Source: an uncultured Solirubrobacterales bacterium (GTDB lineage Bacteria > Actinomycetota > Thermoleophilia > Solirubrobacterales > 70-9). Taken from it: DNA of 64,000 nucleotides. Positions 22,327-31,537 of this stretch are shown piece by piece. The stretch covers positions 15,660 to 79,659 of the forward strand of contig CAVXQO010000025.1 of assembly GCA_963763985.1 (NCBI GenBank). The letters are read 5' to 3'. The stretch's first letter is position 1; every line of letters begins with the position of its first letter. A program made the translations under genes and the position numbers. Under the pieces are notes generated by a model. The model did not search any database, was not told the origin of the DNA, and saw nothing but the letters and a program-made list of their open reading frames with translations.

Positions 22327-23031
22327 CTAGGCTCGGACGAGCGAGGCGTTGATCGTGCCGTCGGCGGCCGCGATCCACATCGACGATCCCCGCCTGAGCA
22401 AGACCGCCTCGCCCGCGACCGCCGGATCGCGGTACTCGACCTCGGCGTCAATCGACTCGGGTTCGGGTCCCGAAGCCAGTTCCTCCTCGAGCGGCACCCA
22501 GTAGTGCGAGTTGTTGATGTGGCCGGCCGGATCCATCTCGGCGGCGCGGAAATGCCACGGCGAGCGCTCCGCATCCGCGGGCGGGTCGTCGTGGCGGAGG
22601 CGGACGTTCGCGTCGCGCCCCCCGGCGCTTTCCTCGTAGACGGCGATGAAGTCCGGGGGGAATCGCATCGGCCTGCCGCGCTCGGGATCGAGGCAGACCC
22701 AGAGCGAGACCGTCTCCACCGCAGCGGTTTCGCCCCTGATCGAGGTGCGCCGCTCGGCCGAGAAGCGCCCGATCCCGCTGCAGAAGGTCCGCAAGGCGAG
22801 GTCCTCGCCGAAACGGGGAAATCGCTCGACCCGGATGCGGGTCCGACGCACGATCCAAGCTCCCCGGCCCTCGAAGCCTGAATCGATCAGATCCGCATAG
22901 GCGACGTCCTGCAACCAGCGGGCCATCGCGTCCAGCCGGCAGCGCCCCGCCGCGTCGGCGTCCGCGATGCCGGGCCGCATCGCCTGCTCGTAGGCCCGGC
23001 CCGCCCCGGGGTCCGGGACGATCTCCGTCAA
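22327..23031 (-). CDS. Acyl-ACP thioesterase-like (double hotdog) protein
   Basis: Intact 234-aa ORF with acyl-ACP thioesterase-like segments (AMARWLQDVAYADL, WIVRRTRIRVERFP, GHINNSHYW). Confidence 0.7.
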   Translation of the reverse strand: MTEIVPDPGAGRAYEQAMRPGIADADAAGRCRLDAMARWLQDVAYADLIDSGFEGRGAWIVRRTRIRVERFPRFGEDLALRTFCSGIGRFSAERRTSIRGETAAVETVSLWVCLDPERGRPMRFPPDFIAVYEESAGGRDANVRLRHDDPPADAERSPWHFRAAEMDPAGHINNSHYWVPLEEELASGPEPESIDAEVEYRDPAVAGEAVLLRRGSSMWIAAADGTINASLVRA

Positions 23032-23036
23032 GTCCG

Positions 23037-24482
23037 TTACTTGAGCTCCTCGAGCGAGTCGCGCAGCCGGTCCAGCATCGACCAGAGATCCGGCATCTGG
23101 TCGCGGTCGGCGACGATGCCGAAGTCCATCTTGCCCCGGTAGCTCATCACCGTCATGTTGAGCCCCATGCCGTCCGTGATCACCGACACCGGGTAATTGG
23201 CGACCAACTCCGCTCCCGCGCAGTAGAGCGGGAACTGGGGGCCGGGCACATTGGAGACCACCATGTTCCAGGTCGGGCGACCACGCCCGCTGGTCGAGAT
23301 CGCGAACGTCGCACGCGCCGCGCGGGCGAAGACCGCCGGCGGGATGAAGTGGTTGGTGTCCTGGAGCAGCTCGGCCGGCAGGGCCCGGTGGTGCTCCTTC
23401 ATCGCCGCGAGGGCCCGGTGGGTCTTCTCGAGGCGCCGGACGGCGTCGGGCTCGTTGGTGAAGAGGGGAGCGCTCATCAGCATGATCCGGTTGCCGAAGG
23501 TCCCCATCTGCTCGTCGGTTCTGACAGAGACCGGAACCTGGACGACGAGCGGATCTGACGGCAGCTCGTCGTGCTCGAGCAGCCAGCTGCGGACCGCGCC
23601 GGAGCAGATCGAGACCACGACGTCGTTGACGGTGACGCCGTGCTTGTTCTTTACCTCCTTCACCTCTTCCAGGTCGAGCTGGCCGAAGGCGAATCGCCGG
23701 TGCGGCGAGATTCGGCCGTTGAAGCAGGTCTTCGGCGCCTTGAGGTGCGTATGCGCCAGCACGCCGCTTTCCCGGCTGCTCACCGCCCGCGACAGCCGGT
23801 CGGCCACCTTGGCGACCAGCCCGGTCCCGGGGATCCCGGCGAAGACCGGCGACTCATCGAGGTTCGGCAGTGCGCTCGGCAGCGACCGGAGGATCCGGAG
23901 CGGGTACCGGGGGAATCCCATCAGCCCCCGGGTCAACATCTCCAGCTCCGATGGTTGACGGTCCGCCCCGTTGGCGTTGGGCTGCGGCAGCTCCCGCCCC
24001 TCCGGCGCGAGGTCGAAGAGGGCACCCATGATCTCGGCACCCGAGAGCCCGTCGACCATCGAGTGGTGGATCTTGGTCAGGAGCGCCTTGTGGCCGTCCT
24101 CGAGCCCATGGATCAGATATGCCTCCCACAGGGGACGGCCACGGTCGAGCGGACGGGAGACGATCCGTGCAACCTGCTCGGCAAGCTTCTCCTTCGCCCC
24201 CCCGGGCGGCAGGGCCAGCTCCCGGACGTGGAAGTCGAGATCGAAGTTCGGGTCGTCCAGCCAGTAGGGGTAGTCGAGGCCGAATGGGACCTCGACCAGC
24301 CGCCAGCGCAGGGGTGGCAGCAAGGGCAGCCGCTCCTCGATCAGGTTGCGGATGTCGGCGAAGGTGAGCTCGCCGCTCGCGGTGGTCGAGGGGTCGAGGA
24401 TCGTCAGCCCGGCGACGTGACCGGTCTGGTGCGAGCTCTCCAGCGCCAGGAACTGCGCGTCGAGGCTGGTCAGCTGACGCAT
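23037..24482 (-). CDS. Wax ester synthase/diacylglycerol acyltransferase (WS/DGAT)
   Basis: Intact 481-aa ORF with the active-site motif HHSMVDG (HHxxxDG) and the C-terminal NVPGPQFPLY. Confidence 0.9.
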   Translation of the reverse strand: MRQLTSLDAQFLALESSHQTGHVAGLTILDPSTTASGELTFADIRNLIEERLPLLPPLRWRLVEVPFGLDYPYWLDDPNFDLDFHVRELALPPGGAKEKLAEQVARIVSRPLDRGRPLWEAYLIHGLEDGHKALLTKIHHSMVDGLSGAEIMGALFDLAPEGRELPQPNANGADRQPSELEMLTRGLMGFPRYPLRILRSLPSALPNLDESPVFAGIPGTGLVAKVADRLSRAVSSRESGVLAHTHLKAPKTCFNGRISPHRRFAFGQLDLEEVKEVKNKHGVTVNDVVVSICSGAVRSWLLEHDELPSDPLVVQVPVSVRTDEQMGTFGNRIMLMSAPLFTNEPDAVRRLEKTHRALAAMKEHHRALPAELLQDTNHFIPPAVFARAARATFAISTSGRGRPTWNMVVSNVPGPQFPLYCAGAELVANYPVSVITDGMGLNMTVMSYRGKMDFGIVADRDQMPDLWSMLDRLRDSLEELK

Positions 24483-24564
24483 CGGGCGATTCTAAGCTCG
24501 CGAGGTTTGAGAATTACTTGTGTGGGCAAGTAGTTCATCCAGACTTCCGAACAGGAGGATCGGA

Positions 24565-25077
24565 ATGGATCTCGCATTGCTCGCACTTCGTGTCGTGGTG
24601 GGCGCGCTGTTCGCCGGCCATGGCGCCCAGAAGCTCTTCGGTGTCTTCGGGGGCGGTGGCCTGGAGGGCACCGCGGCGATGTTCGATCAGATCAGCCTGC
24701 GACCGGGCTGGCTCCACGCCCGAGCGGCGGGGACGGTCGAGTTCGTCGGCGGCCTGCTGATCGCGCTCGGCCTGTTCACCCCGTTCGCCGCGGCGGCCCT
24801 GATCGGGGTGATGACCGCGGCCGTGCTCACCGTGCATCTCCCCAACGGGATCTGGAACACGAACAAGGGCTACGAGTACAACCTCGTGATGGTCGCGGTC
24901 GTCTTCGCGCTGTCGGGCGTGGGCGCGGGCGCCTGGTCGCTCGACAACGCCTTCGGCTTCGATCTGCACGGGACCGGATGGGCGCTCGCCGCGCTCGCGG
25001 CAGGCCTGGTCGGCGGCGGCGGGGCCGTGATCAGCGGCCGCTCGATCGCCCGGCACGAGCCACATCCGGCTTCGTAG
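24565..25077 (+). CDS. DoxX family membrane protein
   Basis: MDLALLALRVVVGALFAGHGAQKLFG, followed by three more TM segments. Confidence 0.75.
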   Translation: MDLALLALRVVVGALFAGHGAQKLFGVFGGGGLEGTAAMFDQISLRPGWLHARAAGTVEFVGGLLIALGLFTPFAAAALIGVMTAAVLTVHLPNGIWNTNKGYEYNLVMVAVVFALSGVGAGAWSLDNAFGFDLHGTGWALAALAAGLVGGGGAVISGRSIARHEPHPAS

Positions 25078-25182
25078 AAGCGGCCGAGGCCCTCGGCTCG
25101 AACGTCGGTGGAGCCCCCTATCGCGCCGCGGGGCGGCGCGGTAGGGTGAGCTTCCGCCTGCCTCGACAAGGAGAAGGAACTC

Positions 25183-25761
25183 ATGCTCGGTAAGCCGTCC
25201 AAGAAGCTGATCAAGCAGCTGCAGGAGAACGGAAAGCGCGCCAACGCCACGGTCGTCGAGATCGCCGAGAAGGGCATGGCGGTGACCCGCGGCGCCGAGG
25301 GCGTGGTCGCGAACACCGAGCTCGCCCTCAAGGCGCACCTGCGGGTCCAGCCCGACGACGAGCCCGAGTTCGAAGTCAAGAAGCGCTTCAGCTTCCCCCA
25401 GATGGCGGTGCCGAGCGCGGGGCAGACGGTCCCGGTCCTCTACGACCCGGCCGACCACGACAAGATCATCGTCGACTACACCCCCGAGGCCCAGCAGGGA
25501 GCGGCGTTCGCGGCCGCCGGCATCGACCCCAACCAAATCGGCCAGCTGATGGAGCAGGCGCAGCAGATGCGCGCCCAGGCCGGGCAGATGCAGGGTGGGA
25601 TGCCGGGGATGGGCCAGATGCCGGGGATGACCCCGCCGGCGCCCGCCCAGCCTCAGGCGGACCCGGTCGAGCAGCTCGAGAAGCTGGCGAAGCTGAAGGA
25701 GTCGGGCGCGCTCACCGAGGCCGAGTTCGAGGCCGAGAAGGCCAAGATCCTCAGCCAGTAG
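25183..25761 (+). CDS. SHOCT-domain protein with Q/M/G/P-rich linker
   Basis: The C-terminal LEKLAKLKESGALTEAEFEAEKAKIL is the SHOCT pattern. Confidence 0.7.
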   Translation: MLGKPSKKLIKQLQENGKRANATVVEIAEKGMAVTRGAEGVVANTELALKAHLRVQPDDEPEFEVKKRFSFPQMAVPSAGQTVPVLYDPADHDKIIVDYTPEAQQGAAFAAAGIDPNQIGQLMEQAQQMRAQAGQMQGGMPGMGQMPGMTPPAPAQPQADPVEQLEKLAKLKESGALTEAEFEAEKAKILSQ

Positions 25762-27114
25762 CTAGTGGCCAAAAATCAAGGGCAGCTGTAGCCCGATCGC
25801 CAGCGCGGTCAGGGCCAGAGCGGAGAAGCGCTGGTATGGCCGGACCGCAAGCGCCGCCAGGGGCAGGAACCAGATCAGGTACCAGGGCAGGAACCAGGTT
25901 GTGGTCACCAGGACGGCGAAGGTCGCCCACCCCGCGTTCTCGAGCCAGTTCCCTCCGCGGTAGACCCGCACGAGCAGCAGCGCGACGGTCGGCAGCAGGA
26001 CGAGCATCCCGATCCTGCCCAGGGTGTGGGTGGTGATGCCCAGACCGAGCACGTCGTTGATCACTCCGGGGACGTCATTCGGCGTCTCCAGGCGAGCGTC
26101 GCGCTGCAGCACGTGCAGGAGGCTCGAGACGTGGGTGCCGAAGGCGAGCAGCGTGGCGACGACGACCACCGCGGCCGCGAGCGTCCCCCATAGCAACGCG
26201 CGCAACGGCCTTCGTGAGCCGAGCAGGGCGAAGGGCAGCAGGACGACCGAGGAGCTCTTCACCGCCACCGCCACGACCAGCGCCGCCATGCCGGACTCCC
26301 GCCCGATCAGGAGCATGTAGATGCCGCCCAGGGCCGCGGCCAGCATCAACAGGTCGTTATGGGCCCCGCCCACCGCGTAGGCGAGCAGGACCGGGTTGAG
26401 GCCGAAGAACAGCGTCGCCGGGAGCGCGGGCCGGCCCAGGCGGGTCGCACAAGCCCAGACCAGCGCGACGCAGGCGAGGCTGGCGAGCGCCGTGACCGAC
26501 TTGAGCAGCCAGATCGCGGCCGTGAAGCTGACCCAGCCGAGCGGCAGGGTGCCCAGGGTGAACAGCGGCCCGTAGGCCGTCGTGTTGAGCGGCCAGCCGA
26601 CGTATATGTAGGAGGGATCGGTCGGCTCCGCGGAGAGGGGATGGACATACGGGTTCAGGTGGTGAACCGCGTCGAGCCGTGCGTAGCCGACGTAGTTGAA
26701 GATGTCGCTGGAGAGGAGCGGCGGTGCGATCACGAAGAGCAGGTGCAGCACCAGGATCGCCCCCACTCCGATGCGGAATCGGACCGAATCCGCGAAGAGC
26801 AGCACCCCGAGGTAGCAGACCCCGAGAATGATGAACAGGACCGCGAACTCGGTGCCGCTCAGCGACAGCCCGATGCCGTGGAGCGGGCCCCTGATCGAGG
26901 TCGGGAGCCCGTGGTGGATGTGAAGGGTCGGCCCGTAGTGCTTGGACGCGGCGCCGGCCGCCATCAGGAAGGCGGAGGCGACCATCCCGCCGAGGAACGT
27001 GTTGGCGATCAGGGCACGGTGGCCGGCCTTGATGCCGGGCAGGGACGGGACGGCCGGAGGGCCCACGGCAGCCGGCTCGAGCGCCGAATCAGCGGTTCCG
27101 GGGAGCGACTCCAT
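25762..27114 (-). CDS. GT-C polyprenol-phosphate-mannose-dependent mannosyltransferase-like membrane protein (DUF2029/GT87-like)
   Basis: Polytopic 450-aa ORF. The loop motif SSDIFNYVGYARLDAVHHLNPY..TAYGPLF is typical of this family. Confidence 0.7.
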   Translation of the reverse strand: MESLPGTADSALEPAAVGPPAVPSLPGIKAGHRALIANTFLGGMVASAFLMAAGAASKHYGPTLHIHHGLPTSIRGPLHGIGLSLSGTEFAVLFIILGVCYLGVLLFADSVRFRIGVGAILVLHLLFVIAPPLLSSDIFNYVGYARLDAVHHLNPYVHPLSAEPTDPSYIYVGWPLNTTAYGPLFTLGTLPLGWVSFTAAIWLLKSVTALASLACVALVWACATRLGRPALPATLFFGLNPVLLAYAVGGAHNDLLMLAAALGGIYMLLIGRESGMAALVVAVAVKSSSVVLLPFALLGSRRPLRALLWGTLAAAVVVVATLLAFGTHVSSLLHVLQRDARLETPNDVPGVINDVLGLGITTHTLGRIGMLVLLPTVALLLVRVYRGGNWLENAGWATFAVLVTTTWFLPWYLIWFLPLAALAVRPYQRFSALALTALAIGLQLPLIFGH

Positions 27115-27141
27115 CGGCGCGCGGGATGGTAGAGCGGACCC

Positions 27142-28631
27142 TTAAGGCGCGCTCAGCTTCGCCTTATGCGGAACCCGGACGAGATAAGTACCCCCACCGG
27201 AGGTGAACTCCGGGCGGAAGCCTGCCGCCTCGAGCCGCTGAACCGAGGAGTGCAGATGCACGATCACCGCCCCCGCATGGATCCTGCGGAGGGCACCGGC
27301 CAGATCCGCCGCCGTCCCGGCACGAAGGACCCGGTAGTTGTCCTGGAGCTCCTGCGGCGTGTACTGCTCGAGCCAGCCGTTCAGCACGACCGGGGTATCC
27401 GGGGAGCGCCAGTTGATGTAGGAGCCCACGCCCGCGTAGGTGACGATGCGCCCGTGCTGCGGTGGATGCGCGATCGCGTAGTCGGCGACCGGGAAGCCGA
27501 GCGTCGGATCGTCGCGGGCCGGACCGAGGAACACCGCCCAGACGAGGGTCGCCGCAGCCGCGGCCGCGCCGAAGAGGGCGACGGGCCCTCGGATCGGCGT
27601 CGGGCCCCGATTCGGCGCGGTCCAGGCCACCTGCAGGGCGAGGACCGGGCCGATGAAGACGATGTTCCGAACCGAGTAGCCCGCGAAGACGAGGAATCCC
27701 GCCGTCACCAACAGGGTGGTGGCGCGGCGCGGCCGCGGCGAGCGAACCCACATCCACGCGGCGAAGCAGGTCGCCAGCGACAGGTAGACGACCGCCAGCG
27801 GAGAGCTGAACGCCGACTCCCACTCGGTGCTCGCCAGTGAGATCGCCTGGTTCTGGAAGCTGAGCAGGTAGTCCCAGATCGCCGCCCCGAGCGGGGTGGC
27901 GACGGTGACCGTCACCGCGGCGAGCACGACGAGGACTCCGAGTACGGCGACGCGCGAGAGCGGGACGGCGCCTGGTATCCCGCGCCAATTGTCGATCGCG
28001 AGCCCGATGGTGGCGAGTCCGAGAAGCAGTAAGCCGGCGATGAACCCGCCGTGAAGGTTCGCCCAGAGCGCGAACAGCACCAGGATTGCGAGCGGCGCCC
28101 ACCATGCCCCTCGACGGCCCGTCCTCGCTCCTCCCGCTCGTGCCAGAGCAGAATGAGCAGGGCGACCAGCAACGTGAAGATCAGCACCGTGAACCCCGCC
28201 GCGCGAGGGTGGATCACGGCCAGTACCCCCGGGAAGTAGAAGGCCGCCACCGCGACGAGCATCCGCCAGCCCTTCCGCCGGCAGATCCAGAGCAGAAGCG
28301 CCAGGGGTGCGGTGATCAGCACCGCGTAGAGCACGGTCAAGCCGGTGGGGCCGAGCACCTGCGAGACGCGGAAGAAGGTGAGCTCCGAGAGCCACTGCTG
28401 GTTCAGCCAGGTCCCACCCTGGGAGATCGTCGCGAAGGGATCGTGGGTGGCGACACCGTGCTGGGCGACGAACCGGCCGCTCATCAGTGACAGGTAGAAG
28501 TCGCCGTTGTGGAAACGGTCCAGGCAGAGGGCGAGCGCGCCGACTAGCGCGATCAGGGCGCCGATCAGCGCCCAGGTAGATCGCGAGGTCAGCCGCGCAC
28601 CGGAATCGATGCTGGGTTCGACGCCAAGCAC
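27142..28631 (-). CDS. Polytopic integral membrane protein (possible glycosyltransferase-like); frame broken once near 28080
   Basis: ORFs 27912..28631 and 27142..28395 are collinear, with more than 10 hydrophobic segments. I recognise no diagnostic motif. Confidence 0.55.
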
Positions 28632-28850
28632 GGGGCGGGTATTCGTAGCGGTTTCACCGGTCCCATTGCGTCACCGAGCGGTGAAATAGCCCGATTTGGC
28701 CCAAAAAGACGCTATTTGCAGGTATTTCAGCATCTGCTAATATGTATCTCCCCGCCGGGGCATGGAAACCCGGCATTTGCAGCGTTTTCGCGCAGTTCTT
28801 CCACCCAAGGCAGCCTTCGCGAACGCAGCACTCGACCGCGGAGGTAAATC

Positions 28851-29231
28851 ATGTCCAAGACCACAACCGCTCCCAGAACGCGCGCTCGCGCGCCCCGCAC
28901 ACGGCGCTGGACCTGCGCCGGCTGCGAGGTGACCGTGCGCTATGCAGCGGGCAGCAAGTCCACACCCCGGCGACCCGAGGGCTGGACCAAGGCCGGCGGC
29001 CAGTGGCTTTGTCTGCACTGCCAGCGCGAGAAGGCCGTCGAGAAGGCGACCATCGGCGCGAACGGTGACGGCTGGGCTTCCAGGCGCCAGGCTCTGCTCG
29101 AGTTCGAGCTCCGCCGCAGCCCCGAGGAGCCCGACGGCGTGATCGCCAAGCGTGCCAACTGCTCCACCGGCCACGTGCGCAAGGTCCGCGAGGAACTCGA
29201 GCGCGACGGCAAGCTGCGCAAGGCCGCCTAA
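28851..29231 (+). CDS. Small basic protein with CxxC..CxxC zinc ribbon and C-terminal HTH-like segment
   Basis: The RBS ggaggtaaatcATG precedes it. Motifs: WTCAGCEVTV..WLCLHCQ, then IAKRANCSTGHVRKVREEL. It lies in a locally AT-richer pocket. Confidence 0.5.
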   Translation: MSKTTTAPRTRARAPRTRRWTCAGCEVTVRYAAGSKSTPRRPEGWTKAGGQWLCLHCQREKAVEKATIGANGDGWASRRQALLEFELRRSPEEPDGVIAKRANCSTGHVRKVREELERDGKLRKAA

Positions 29232-29476
29232 CCGGCGCAGGCAACCGCCAACCTCACTAGCCTGGTTTCAACCTGTGCCGATCGGGTACGGGTTTCGCAA
29301 TTGCACCTGCCGAATCGCATTGTTCGGCGGCGGTGTTTGTGGCCGCCGCTGATGAAAGTGCGAACGGGGGAACCAACTGGAGCAAGTGCTCCGTGGGCGA
29401 ATCGGTCTATCCGTAGCGCACTCTTTCGGCGCGAGCCCGTCAGCTAACCCCGTAGGCCCGAGAAAGAGAGGTTGGC

Positions 29477-29605
29477 ATGGGCACGTTGATCGATCACCTG
29501 GCGACGGATCGAATTCGGGGCGCACGTCTCGTCCTCGCGTACACGATCGGAGCCATTTTCGGCATCGCCCTGGCTTTGGTCGCGCTCGCGGCGGCCGGCC
29601 CCTAG
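29477..29605 (+). CDS. Candidate 42-aa single-TM micro-protein (not in the ORF track)
   Basis: Hand translation: MGTLIDHLATDRIRGARLVLAYTIGAIFGIALALVALAAAGP-stop, preceded by aagagagg 6-7 nt upstream. Confidence 0.3.
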   Translation: MGTLIDHLATDRIRGARLVLAYTIGAIFGIALALVALAAAGP

Positions 29606-29640
29606 GGCACACCGGCACCGGTCATCTGGGGGGCCGTCAG

Positions 29641-30954
29641 CTAGCGGCCCAGCGCGCCCATCCACGCGAAGAGCGCCGCATTCGCCGCGTGCAGCTGGAG
29701 GCTGCCCTTCGGGGCGCTGGCCCTCGACGCCTTCTTCCCGTACCAGGTGCGCAGATAGAGGCCGTGCTTGTCATGAGCCCGGTGTAGAGCGCTGCGCGCG
29801 CTGCGCTGAGCGATCCCGTACCAGTTGCCGTTGGGGTCGTCCTTGGCGAACTCGAGCATCGTCCGCGCGTACCAGAAGTCGAACTGCGGCCCCATCCAGA
29901 AGCGGCGATAGACGCTGAGGGTGGCGTTGGCGAGCTGCTCGGCTCGCTGGCAGTAGGACTTCTTACCGGTCTCGTCGCAGATGATCCGGTGGGCGAGGAT
30001 CATCGGACCGTTCACGTAGGGCATCGGCGAGGCCGCGAAGGGCGGGTAGTTGTTCGACGCCTGCGCCTCACCGGGGGCGGCGGTGGGATCGCCGGCGGCC
30101 TCGAGCTTCGCGGCCTCGTCGGGGTTCGCATCGAGGGCCTGGGCGTCGGCGGCGGTCGCCTGGGCGCTGGAAGTGCCGACCACGGTGGCGGGGCCGGCGG
30201 TCGTGACCTTTCCGTAGGTACCGGGCTTACGGAGGCGGGCGTACAGGCCGGTCGTCGGGTCGACCAGCCAGACGTTGGCCCAGTCGATGAACTTGATCGC
30301 GTCGTCGAGGTAGTGCTTGTCGTGGGTGATCGCGAAGAGGCGCGCCGACAGCAGGGTTCCGGAACCCAGGCTCTCCCCCGCGTAGAAGCTGTGGTTGGTG
30401 TTCCACCAGAGCCCTCCCGGCCGCCCCGGCGTCGTGTCCCAGCCGGAGATGCTGATGAAGTTCTGTGCGATCTCGGCGTCGGCCAGGTACCGGCCGTTGC
30501 CCGTGGCGCGATAGGCATCGAGGAACGCCAGGCCCCACCAGCCGTTGTCGTCGAACCAGGTCGTCTTGCCGGGCTCGTGCTGGTGGGGCTTCGACCCGAA
30601 CCCGGGCACCGGCTCGAGCGTCGGGTTGAGGTAGCGCTGGGCGCCCCAGGCGAAGCGGTTGAGATTGTGGAGATGCTTGGCGGACGGCGCGGCGGTCTGC
30701 AGGCCCGCCAGGGCCTCGAAGAGCGGCACGACCCCCCAGAGCGAGACCGTCTGCGATCCCCCGAGAACCGAGCTGTACCAGTGCCTGCCGTGGTTCCACC
30801 AGTGGCGCGTCTGCTTGACGCCCTTGTTCGCGGCCTGCACATAGCGCGCCTGGCTACGGCTGAAGGCATCGGCGTTCGCCGAGCAGGCCAGAAACGCGAC
30901 CATCAGGGCCACGAGCGAGACGAGAACCGTGGTCGAGCTTCTTCGGACGAACAC
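29641..30954 (-). CDS. Secreted glycoside hydrolase family 76-like (alpha-1,6-mannanase)
   Basis: Signal peptide MFVRRSSTTVLVSLVALMVAFLACSANA. GH76-like motifs: WFDDNGWWGLAFLDAY, GGLWWNT. Confidence 0.75.
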   Translation of the reverse strand: MFVRRSSTTVLVSLVALMVAFLACSANADAFSRSQARYVQAANKGVKQTRHWWNHGRHWYSSVLGGSQTVSLWGVVPLFEALAGLQTAAPSAKHLHNLNRFAWGAQRYLNPTLEPVPGFGSKPHQHEPGKTTWFDDNGWWGLAFLDAYRATGNGRYLADAEIAQNFISISGWDTTPGRPGGLWWNTNHSFYAGESLGSGTLLSARLFAITHDKHYLDDAIKFIDWANVWLVDPTTGLYARLRKPGTYGKVTTAGPATVVGTSSAQATAADAQALDANPDEAAKLEAAGDPTAAPGEAQASNNYPPFAASPMPYVNGPMILAHRIICDETGKKSYCQRAEQLANATLSVYRRFWMGPQFDFWYARTMLEFAKDDPNGNWYGIAQRSARSALHRAHDKHGLYLRTWYGKKASRASAPKGSLQLHAANAALFAWMGALGR

Positions 30955-31018
30955 TTCCTACCCCCCGAACACCTTAGGGGCAGGTTCGACTCGCAGTGAG
31001 AGGTGCGCTGCGGCGAAT

Positions 31019-31373
31019 TCAGTCGAGCATGGGCAGTGCGTCGCCGGCCCCGGTCAGCTCGAGCACGCGTCTCACCTGAGGAGAGCGGGACGGGATGATG
31101 CGCAGGCGATCGCCGTTGGCCTCCGACCTGGCGCTCAGATGAAGCAGTAGACGGACACCCGAGGCGTCCATGAACTCGAGCTCACCGAGATCGAGGACGA
31201 TCCGGGGATCGTCGCTCGCCTCCGCGCGGCGCATCTCGCGATCGACGCTGCCGATCACCGACAGGTCGAGCTCGCCTAGAAGGCGGATCCGCTGGTTCCC
31301 GTTGCCCCGTTCGCTGTGAACCGCGAAGGGAGGTCGCGTCCAACTTCGCTCGCCCCTGATTCCCCTGTGACAT
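31019..31373 (-). CDS. STAS-domain anti-sigma-factor antagonist; frame broken once
   Basis: IRLLGELDLSVIGSVDREM..IVLDLGELEFMDASGVRLLL. The ATG at 31373 is in a different frame from the domain body. Confidence 0.6.
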
Positions 31374-31537
31374 TCGATCCTCCGTGATCGAGTCGCCAGC
31401 TACTCCTACAGCGACCCCGACCCAGAAAAGGGTACGTCCCTATTTGGAAAAGATCGCCAATTGCGCCAAATTAGCCCGGCGCGGGGCCTCGGCTCCGGGG
31501 AGAAGCGGCGCTGACCGGGTCTACTCCGAGATCAGCC

